Shown one piece after another: positions 49,347 to 59,749 of a stretch of 64,000 nucleotides of DNA. Numbering within the stretch: the first letter of the stretch is position 1; each line of letters begins with the position of its first letter. The stretch covers positions 1,178,001 to 1,242,000 of the forward strand of contig JAAOMT010000295.1 of the NCBI GenBank assembly GCA_016748015.1. Reading direction: 5' to 3'. The notes beneath the pieces are model-generated. The model worked only from the letters and a program-made list of their open reading frames with translations. It was not told the origin of the DNA and made no database searches. The stretch comes from Geosiphon pyriformis uo1. Taxonomy: Eukaryota; Fungi; Glomeromycota. The position numbers and the translations under genes were made by a program.

Positions 49347-51705
49347 TTATGCCCTTTTTTTCGGCATCACCGCATTGAACATATCAAGTGTCTTTTTCCG
49401 TGCTTCTTTGTGATCAACAATTGGTGGGGGATATCTAAAAAAGAGTTAAAACTAATTAATAATGAGTCGAAAAATAAAAAATTCCTTTGACTGACTTCAA
49501 GGTAGCAAATTCCTGAGGCGAAAGAGATGCATAGGGCTCATGAATTTGTTTTGGACTCAGCCCCTTTAATTCAGGAACCCATTTCTTTATAAATTCGCCC
49601 CTAGGATCAAACTTAATATAAAAAGTAAGAAACAAAGTTAGAAGTTAAAAGATCAATTTTTGATCAGTTAAAATCAAACTTACATTCTGTGATTGAAGAG
49701 TTGGGTTGAATATTCTGAAATAGGGCTATGGATAGAGCCAAAGTGAAAATTTAAGTTTCACATTTAATGATATCACCCGAACGAAAAGAGAAAAATTATC
49801 TAAATTTGAACCTGTGCATCGGTTCCTGTCGAAGCACACTTTGATTATTTAGAAGATTAGAGACGATCCTGTATAAATAAATATTGCGGATAATTTAATA
49901 CTCACCCATTGCCAGCCACCGTTATTACTCGCAAAATCCCCATCAATTAAATTCTCCATAAAATACTTTTCACCTAGTTGCCAATTGATTTGCAGATCTT
50001 GGAAATAGATAGAAAAGTTGAAAAGTTGAAAATAGGATCGAGAAAAAGATCCGTATTTAGTATAATATATGCTTACCTTTGACCAAAAACATGGCAACTA
50101 TCATTCGAAGACGGTTATGCATCCAACCTAGTTGGATAAGTTGATTCATACCTAAAATCCTCGAGAATGTTAGGATACTAAAAATGTGTAAGGGAGATAT
50201 ATATGAGGGATCATATTCAACCTGCATCAACTATTGGATAACCGGTCTTCCCTTCACACCAACGCTTGAACGGTTCGGGGTCTGTGTTCCATGCAAGCTT
50301 TGCAGTTTCTTTTTTGTATGGCTGATTTTTACATACATAAGGAAACGAGAAAAGCACGTTTCGATAAAAATCTCGCCATGCGATTTCCTCGATCCACGTA
50401 GTAATGCCCTGTTTCCCTGCTTGCAGTTTTTTCGTGGAATTGGCTTGCCTTGCGGCAACAACACACTGTCGAGCTGATATTATACCTGAAGCCAGATATG
50501 GTGATAGCGCGGAAGAGCCTTCAATACTAGGGTAGTTTCTAGCATCATGATAATCTTTTATTCTGGTTTGAATGAAATTTGCTAAACGTCTTTGCGCTTC
50601 TTCTTCGCCAGCCGGAAAATTACGAGCTGACTTTTCGGAACTCGTAGGTGTTAATTGAAAATCATTCACAAATGTTTGCAAATTTAAATCAAAGTTTGCC
50701 TCAGGAGAATCTCGGATGGAGGGATCGTTGGACTTCGGATTCGGTGAGATCTCGAGGTAATGAGGCTCATTTTCAAGAGTATTAAGCCACGTTTTTTTGA
50801 AAGGGGTAAACACAGTGTAGACATTGTTGTTCTGGACCAATATTAGGATCAGGGTATTAGTTTCAAAAGATCTAATGTATCACTAGCTTCCACAAATCTT
50901 ACTTTGGTACGTAGGACTCCCGGTGGAATAACGCATTGATCGTCAAAGAGCTTAAATATTACATTATGAGATTTGGCAAGTGAATCGACAGTTATGTCAC
51001 GCTTAGTTTCGTCAACCTGGGAGAAATTGCCAAATTTAGAGTTATGATGTGTTTAAATAAAAAATTATACCAAATACTCACCTCATACTCCTTGTTAGCA
51101 AAGATGTGAGTGACCTTATAGCGGTCACAATAACTCATAATCGTTTCGGGAATATTTTTTCGTTTATCAACATTCTCCACCACCAATGGTATATTCAATT
51201 CATCAAGCTTATTTTTCAAAATAGCAAGGTTACGTAATATAAAATCAACACGAATTGGGGCGACATCGTGAAGTTTCCAATCTTGTGGAGATATAATGAA
51301 AATCGCATAGAGAAATCTCTGATGCAAAACCGCCTGCCGCGAAGCCTGGCTTAACGCGTAATTATCCTGCATCCTCAAATCTGTCCTAAACCACATGAGA
51401 CAGTTGCCCGCCACTGGAGCAGGTGCTATAGGTGGGGCAGACGGTCTTGTATCTGCAGCAACACTACTTAAAAAGCCGGCTGGAGCGGAGCCGTATCCGA
51501 CGTCAACTTTTAGCTTTTTAGGCTCCAACTTACCACCGGTAGAACTAGGGCTTGCGGCAGCTGGTTTTCTTTTTAGTGGCATTACTCTCGGATCCGTAAG
51601 GAAATCTAACAGAGGTTTGAATATTTTCTGACGCGTAAAAATAAGCTGGCGTAGGGACCACCTTATGGTAATATGGTGTAGGTAAGATGGTGAAAAGTTT
51701 AGCAT
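49347..51705 (-). CDS. phr1: Class I CPD DNA photolyase, 9 exons, ~595 aa
   Basis: Exons 51705-51082, 51016-50903, 50831-50222, 50151-50077, 49997-49906, 49838-49812, 49725-49684, 49611-49496, 49434-49347 with GT-AG introns (61-86 nt) join to 1788 nt with no internal stop. Motifs [65 protein letters not shown]. Confidence 0.93.
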
Positions 51706-51755
51706 AAGAAAAAAAGCAAAATGTATACGATTGAGGATCTGCTGTGATGTAAACA

Positions 51756-51828
51756 GCTTCCTTAGCGCAGTCGGTAGCGCGTCAGTCTCATAATCTGAAG
51801 GTCGTGAGTTCGAACCTCACAGGGAGCA
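51756..51828 (+). tRNA. tRNA-Met(CAT), elongator type, intronless
   Basis: Acceptor stem GCTTCCT/AGGGAGC; anticodon CAT at 51789-51791 in the arm TCAGTCTCATAATCTGA typical of eukaryotic eMet; T-loop GTTCGAAC; G1-C72; T5 terminator at 51860-51864. Confidence 0.97.
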
Positions 51829-52744
51829 ATGATCTTTAAGAACGTTCAAGACATTACAATTTTTAATGATTTTTATAGTAATTAAAATTATGAATATAAT
51901 TTAGTTTAATTAAATAATATTTATATATATAATATGAAAATGTTAATGTTTTTACATATTTTAAAACCAATTAAGTATGCTTAAAAAATTTATAAATATT
52001 TGGCATTTTTATTATTTGTAACTATTAAGTACAAATAATTATTTTAATTTTAATTTATAAATTATACATATTATAAAAATTCTTTATTTCTTAATCTTAT
52101 AAATTCTGTGTTTATAATTAAAGCAAAAAAAAACCAATATTTTTGTTATCATAACTAAAAAGCAACCACCAAAAAAACTTATTAAAAATTGTTTTATTGT
52201 TAAAAGCAATAATTATGTATTTTTAAAAACTTTAATATTGTTATTATTGTTTTAAGTTAGCTTTTTTTTTAAAATATAAATTTAATTATAAAAATAGTGT
52301 TTTTATTTAAACAACAACAACAATAAGTTTATTAAAATAAATACAAATATTGTATATGACCAAAAATAAATAATCCTCGAAAATTAGTTTTTGCTTTAAA
52401 TTAATTAATTAAAAAATTATATTTTAATAAAAATTTATTTTTAATTTAAATAATTTATGCTTTTATATGTTTTTTATAAAATAAATAAAATTTAATAAAA
52501 CCTTTTTAAAAATATAATAAACTAATTAGTTTTTGTAAAATCAATAATAAAATTAATTTTATTAATAAAAATGAAAATTATGAAAATTGAAAAATAATTT
52601 TTATTTTGTTTTAATTATAATAATATTTTAATAATTATTAAACAACAAATTACAATTACTAATAATATTAAAACTTATTTTATTATTAATTACAAAAAAA
52701 TAACCACAAAAAACAATTTATTAAGTTATTTAATCTTAAAAATT

Positions 52745-53928
52745 AAAACACTTTTTTTCTCTGTTTTTTTAAATATACTGTTTTTAAGTAATATTTACAA
52801 ATTATTAAAAGTTTTCTAAAAAATTAGTTTCTATTTTAATATTAGATAAAACTCTAAAGATTAAATTAATTTATGTTAAAACTGTGTTTTAATTTCTGTG
52901 TGATTTTTTTAAATTAAAATTAACTATTAAAAAAATATTGGCTTTTTTTGTATAAAATTTACATTTTAGGTTTTTTTAAATATTTTTGTATAAATTAAGC
53001 TTACTAAATTTTTTTACTATTTTTAATTTTTTGATATTTTTGTATTTGTTTTGTTTTAGTTGATGTTTTTTTAAAGTTATTATAAATAATATTAAAATAA
53101 TTTTGGTAAAGTTTTTGATATTATATTAATTTTGCTGATCAGTAATAATATAACATAATTTATTTTTTTATTATTTTATTATTTAATAATTAAAATATAT
53201 TATTATTACTTTTGGTTTTTAAAATTTTTTAATTATTATTTAAACTAATATACTAAAAAGTTATTTTAAATATTAAAATTTAAATTATTTGGTTTTTAAA
53301 TATAATATTTTTATTTAAAGTTTATAATTAAATTTTTAATTAATTTTAAAATTTTTAAAAATCTGTTTATTAGTTTAAAATTATATATTAAAACTGCTGT
53401 TTTTTTAGTTTTTTTTTTTGTTATTGTTAATTTTATAATTAGTTTTAAATTGGCTTTTTTGAAATTTAAATTGGCAAAATTGGTTTTATTAATTATATTA
53501 ATTACAAAATTAGTAAATGTTTTATCTATTATTAATTTTAAAAATTCTTATAATAAAAAAACAATTTGGTATTTTTGGTAAAATTTTTAATAATTTTAAT
53601 AAAAAAATAATTAATTTTAAGAGAAAATATAATATAAATAATTTGTTTAATATAATATATTTAATAATAATAACGATTTTTTTATTAGTAAAAATATTAT
53701 TAAGTTTAATTTAAATATAATTGTTAAAAAATTGGTTTTTAATAGTAATAATTTGGGTGTAATTATGTTTTTTGTTTATAAATTCAATATAGTTTGGTTT
53801 TAACTAGTTTAAATAACTAATTATATGTAAAAAATACATAAATCATACTTATTTTAAAGCTTTTTAAACTATATTATATTAATTATTAGTTAAATTATAT
53901 TTATTAATAAAAACATAAAAATAAAAAA
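52745..53928 (+). mobile_element. Probable short non-autonomous LINE derivative (LINE-like 5' end, ORF-like remnant, LINE 3' UTR and A tail; no room for ORF2)
   Basis: Starts AAAACAC-T7-CTCT; 53790-53928 aligns by eye with the LINE-a..d 3' UTR (aactagtt taaat aactaatt atatgta...taaatcatactta...A-tail). Extremely eroded. Confidence 0.5.
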
Positions 53929-54587
53929 TTTATATTAAAAATTTATAAATGTTTATTTCAAATTTATTAAAAAATTAATTAATAAATATTTAATACAAAT
54001 TAAAAAAAAAGAATTTTTTAACAAAAATTACAAAGTTTAATATATTTTTATTATTCTTATTTTAATATTAGTTAATAATAAATTGAGTTTTTTTTGTTTT
54101 TTTAAGATATTTGATTAAAAAATTAATATATTATAAATTATATATTTTTTTAAATTGTATAAGTTTTTATAAGTAATTTTTTTTAATTTTATTTATATAA
54201 TTATTTCAGATAGGATAAAAATTAATTTTTTTTTGCTGTTAAATATAATTTAAAAAATGTTGTTTTTTTTAAAAAATTTAATAAATACAAAATAGTTTTT
54301 TAAATTATTATTATATTTGTTTTAAATAATTTTATTAATATTAAATTAATATATATTTTATTCAATTATCAATTTTTAAAAATGTATTAATATTTTAATA
54401 ATTAATTTTATTGTATTATAATCATATTGTTTACATAAAATATTTCTTAATATTTAAGTTTTTTTTGCTTAATAAAATATGGCTTAACTATTATTCATAA
54501 TTATAAAAATATATATTTTTATAGTAAATATAACTTAGATTTTATTTATATATAACAAATTATTTAAGTTAATTAAAATAATACTAT

Positions 54588-55389
54588 TGTTACAAGTGAT
54601 TATTTGGGATCTCAAATCAAATAACAAAACCCATAACTTGGTGCTTAGAAGCTATTTATGATAATGGTGATCTAAAGATATTGTTGTTTGAAGGTTTTAG
54701 TTGAGTCTTTTGTATAATGAACAGAGATTCAATAGTTGTTTATCTATAGCTTCCCAGAATTGCAATTTTGTCAATTTTTTTCTTTAGCTTAATAACCAGT
54801 ACTCCTTTGATAAATAATTTGTAATTCCTTTATGTGTTCTACCCACTTACAAGGGTCTTTTACCAGGCAATCTTTGATGTCAATAACTCAGTGTTTTAAT
54901 TTTTTAATCAATTAATACACAACAAAAGAAATAAAAAAAATAAAAAAAATAAAAAAAATAAAAGAAAATAAAGAAATAAGCCAAGATGACAAAAGTTAAT
55001 ATCTTGTCAATAGCCATGATCAAGAGCTATTGTTCTAGTGTGTTTAAGTATCACTTTCTATCAACATAAAGTGTTGATAGTAAAGGATAGATTTAAGATA
55101 GTGAATAATTATTTATTTGATATTTGTAATGTGGAAGATTGCTTAGATTAAATCTAAACTGAGAGGCCTTTTTTCTACTTCTAATGCTACCAATATATAT
55201 ACATAATTGAGATTCCTCAATTTTTTGATTCTTTACACCAGGAATCCTGTAATTCCTTGTATGAGAATCCTGAAATTCCTGGAATCCTGCAATTCCTTTA
55301 AGAAAAATTCTGGAATTCCACATTTACTATGACTACTTCTGATTGGTTAATATATATGCTAATATACTTCCTATATTCTATAAGTAACA
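54588..55389 (-). repeat. 3' LTR of G3
   Basis: Termini TGTTAC...GTAACA; homologous to S1 and the G4 LTR; in element sense CCAAT box, 9-10-bp AGGAAT(T)NC repeats and TATATA. Confidence 0.92.
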
Positions 55390-56033
55390 TTATTTCCTCC
55401 TCTTTAATATTGAGCTCTGTTAAAATCTCCTAATTCTAATTCTCTGTTTTTGAGTATTTTTTAAACTTCTTTTTCAAGAATTACTTGTGCTATCTTGTTT
55501 TGTAATTCTTCAAATTAAGCATTAGTTATTTTTCCTATTTGGTTAATGATAATGAAGTTTATTTCTAGATTGAGTAAGATTTCTGGTCGATCTTGAAATC
55601 CAGTATGTAACTAATAAATGGTTCTTGCTTGTGTGATCAAATTGTTTTTTTCCATAAATTGTTCCAGTTGTTATAGTATTGTTGTGTTAAATAATTGTTT
55701 TGTTTTATCTGTATACAAGCCCTAAATGTTCAAGTGTTGTCCCAAATAAAAGTAACAAAAATTTCTTAGAAATTGTTGTATCTACCAATTCCAAGTTTCT
55801 ATAGTCAACTCTTGATATTGGGTGACTTTTGGTTGTGTTTCTATTGCCAATTTCACTTTTGTAATTATTTTGTTCACAGTATTTTCTGTTTTTCTCCATA
55901 TTTTATCTTGTGGTCTTTTTTTGATGTTTGTGTATTTGATAGTTTGTTGGTTGATTGTAATTTCCATTTCTTGTTGTTGGATCAGTTGAAAAAATTGTTG
56001 TGCTAGTGAGTAAATGCCATCAGTAATCTCCAT
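55390..56033 (-). pseudogene. G3 accessory ORF3 (several C-to-T/G-to-A stops)
   Basis: Single frame MEITDG...FCYFYLGQHL...TQARTIY*L...INQIGKITNA*FEEL, homologous to G2 ORF3; a second frame gives TELNIKEEEIML across the PPT. Confidence 0.7.
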
Positions 56034-59000
56034 TTTTTTTTCCTGTCTTTTGTCACATATCTTGTGTCTTTATATACTCTTTTGGTTGTTTGATTTTATG
56101 TGTTTGGTCCAATAATTATAATTGGTTCTAAATCTCATGGAATTTTATCTGGTTTGACTAGTATTCTCTGTACTCCTAATTGTGAAATATTACTGATAGA
56201 TAATGATACTATATGATGATATTGTTTCAGTCAATCACCATATGCTGCTTTGGTTAAGATTTTGTTGTTCAATCTTAATTTATAAGCTCCATTTCCTAGA
56301 ATTTCTTCTATGTAAAATAGTTTGTTTTATTTGGGGTTAAATTTTCCACTCCATTGTTTTTCTGCTTTATTACAATGTAGAAGTACTTTGTCTTTAAATT
56401 TGAATTCAACTGGTTTCTCTGGTAGTTAGTTATTATGTCTTTTTTTTTGTTTTTCTTGTGACTTATGAATGTTATCAGCTGCTTTTTGTTATGTGTCTTC
56501 ATTAAGTCATATGTTTTTCTCAACAATGTTCTTTGAAAATTTTCTTTTGTTATTGGTTTTGTTGGATATGTTTTGACTTCTATTTTAACTGGTAATATTG
56601 CTGTTTTATCATATACTAATTCGAATGATGTTGCTTGTATAGTGTCTTGTTTCATTGTCTAATAAGCAAATAATACTGATGGTATAATCAAATCCTATTT
56701 ATTCTGGTTTTTTTGGCTGATTTTGGCAATGGCTTTACACAATGTTCTGTTAAATCTTTCAACTAACCCATTTGTTTGTGGATGGTATGATAATGATAAT
56801 GGTCTTTTTATCCCAAATCTTTGACTTAATTCTGCCAATGTTCTATTCACAAAGTGAGTTTCTTAATTTGATAGTAGTTTTTCTAAACATCTGTGTTGAC
56901 AGATTAAATCTTGATAAACAAATTCAGCAATGGATTCTGCATCTGCTTTTTGAATGGCTTTTGCTTTTGGCCATTTTGTGAAATAATCTATGGCTACTGC
57001 AATATATCTGTTGTCTTTGCTGGTTATTGTTAATGGTCTAACCAAGTCAATTCCAATGTAATTGAATGGTTGTTTCACTCTGATCAGTCTCAATGGTTTA
57101 CTGGGTTTTGTTCCATCTTTTCTTTAACAAGCATTACAATTTTGAACATATTAGATGATGTTTGGATATATTAATGGCCAATAATATTTTTTTCTGGTTC
57201 TTTTTATGATTGCTTCTTTATAAAAATGTTCTGTTGTTGGATCTGAATGCATGTTAAATAATATTGTCTCTTTTTCTGGTTCTGTAATTACTCTGGTTGG
57301 TTGATTTGGATTTCTTTTGTTCTTCTGGTAAAGTATATCTTTATAATTGATAAAATGTTTTGATTGTTGTTTGATATTATTTCGCTCATTTTGAGATAAT
57401 TTTTCTTTGAACAGTTTGATATTTATATAATGTTGAAGTTGTTGATATTTTTGTATATTCTTTTTTTGTTATATTTTTGGGTTAAAATGTTTTTAAATTT
57501 GTCTTATTTACAACAATCCATCAGCATTTCCATTTTTTTTTTTTTTTGTAATGTACTGTATAATTAAATGGTGAAAGTTCTATTTTCTATCTGACATGGT
57601 GATCATCTCCAAATTCTTGTTTTTGGATTGAAGTTAATCCTTTGTGATTAGTGTACACATTAAACTTTTGACTCAAGTATTTTTTCTATTTGATGACAGC
57701 CCAATAAATAGCTAAGTGTTTTAGTGCTGGAGTTCCATAGTTCTTTTCTGTTGGACTTAAGCTTCTACTGACATAAGCTACTGGATGTTTTTTTCTATCC
57801 AGTCTTCTCTGCAATAGTACTGCTCCCAATGCTTGGCCTGATGTATTAGTGATAATGATAAATGGTTTGCTATAGTTTGAATAGATTAATACTGGGGCTT
57901 AAATAAGTTTTCTTTTTAGTATGTCAAAGACTTTTTGTTGGATTTCAGTCTATTTGTATTTGGTGTTCTTTGTTTGGAGTTGGTGTAGTGATTGAGCTAT
58001 TTTGGAAAAGTCTTTGATAAAGTGGCAGTAGTATCTAGCAAATCTTAAGAATGCTCTTAATTCTGTAAGATTATTTGGTACTAGAAAGTTCTTAACAATC
58101 TCAATCTTGTCTGGATCTGTTTTGATACTGTCTTTGCTCACAATATGTTTCAAAAACTTGAGTTTTATTTTGCCAAAAAAGCATTTGTTTGTGTTTAATT
58201 TCAATTCTGCTTATCTGAGTCTTTCAAATACTTGTTGAAAATAATACAGATGATTATCAAATGTTTTTGAGAACACATTGGTGTTATCTAAGTATACAAT
58301 TACTGATTTTTATAGTAGCCCAGTATAAACAATTTCCATAAGTTGCTGAAAAGTGGCTGGAACATTCATTAAGCCAAATGACTTAACTTCAAATTTGAAG
58401 TTTTCTTCTTGTGTTGTAAAAGCCGTTTTCTTTTTGTTTTCTGGTTTTATGGCTATCTGCCAGTAACCACTATTTAAGTCTAATATTGAAAACCATTTCT
58501 TTCCTCCAAAAGCATCAAAAAGTTCTTGGATCTTTGAAGTTGAGTAGCTATTTCTTTTTGTTACTCTATTCAGTTTCTAGTAATCTACACAAAAGTGGAT
58601 TTTTCTATTCTTCTTATGGACTAATACCATTGGTAATGACTATGAGCTCATTAATGGCTAAATTAGCCTATTGTCAAGCATCTGATTGATTTCTTGATGA
58701 ATGATCTCATGGCTGGCTAATAATATTCTGTATGCTCTTTGTTTAATTAGCATCATATTTCCAGTCTTGATCTGATACTAGATAATGTCAGTTCTGCCAA
58801 ATTTGTTTTTACTGGCAAAAATATTATTAAAGTTGTTGAGTAATATCTTGAGTTGCATATGTTGTAGTGAGTTTAGATTTCCCAAGTTTATCTGTTCCAA
58901 TTGTTCTGATTGGAGCAGATAACATTCTTCTTGTCCATATATGGTTTGAAATGTAATATTTACATATTTACACAGCTGTGAAAAGTCTGGAATGGTGTTT

Positions 59001-59326
59001 GGCAGTTGGTCTTCAATTTCAGTAGTTAAGTATCCAATGATAGTTCTTTTTAATATCTTGATGACATTTCCTGTGTTGTTGTAAATGTAAATTTTGATGT
59101 AACTGTAGTTCTTGACTGGTATGTGTAGATTGACTAACCCAATTTCCCCTGATTCACAAAATGTTGCTTTTGCCTTAAAAATCTGAACCTGATTCTTTAT
59201 TTTTCTCTCTATAGTTACCATGTATTGGTTATATGGTGAAATAAAAATTGATTGATGGATGGAAATAATTTCTCTCTTGTCAACAATTTTTTCCTCTGCC
59301 ATATTAACTGATACATCTATTCTATT

Positions 59327-59749
59327 CATGGATCTGAAATTCTGTATCCTTCTAGCCATAATTCCTAATTCTTCTCTGTTTCTCACTAACACTAACTGAG
59401 CTATTTTTACCAGAGGTAGGAATATTGTCTATGTTATTTTTTCATTTGGCTTTATGATATAGACCTTTTTAGAGTCATTCTGTAGTATTGCAATAATGTT
59501 TCCTACATATCCTGCATCAATTATCTCTCTTCTAATGTTGATTTCTTTTTTCACTAAACTACTTCTAGATACTAGTTGAACTATTGTTGTTGCTGGGATT
59601 TTCAGTGCTATTTTGAGATCAATGCATATATGTGAATGTGGTTCCAATTTAATGGCATCTTTTCCTGGATATCTCAGATCAAATCTGGCATCAGTATCAT
59701 GTGTGCATTTTGACATAATACTTTTATCATTATTACTGAACCATTTAAG
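59327..59749 (-). pseudogene. dUTPase domain within G3 pol
   Basis: Motifs DARFDL, RSSLV, IIDAGYVG, EKIT*, and RRIQNFRS (eroded RGxxGFGS). Confidence 0.88.

Noticed and set aside
49347-51705. CRY-DASH, (6-4) photolyase, or a recent bacterial transfer
   Set aside because: WMHNRLRM and [13 protein letters not shown] are class I CPD-type, not the MSNRGRQ of DASH or the His-His motif of (6-4) enzymes. Eight spliceosomal introns argue against recent transfer.
51756-51828. Initiator tRNA-Met
   Set aside because: G1-C72 instead of A1-U72, a canonical TTC T-loop, and no three consecutive G-C pairs in the anticodon stem.
51870-54587. Protein-coding ORFs (e.g. 53517-53714) or a centromere/origin in the AT-rich block
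   Set aside because: The ORFs are F/I/K/L/N compositional artefacts. No tandem unit is visible, and the block is better explained as end-stage eroded repeats.
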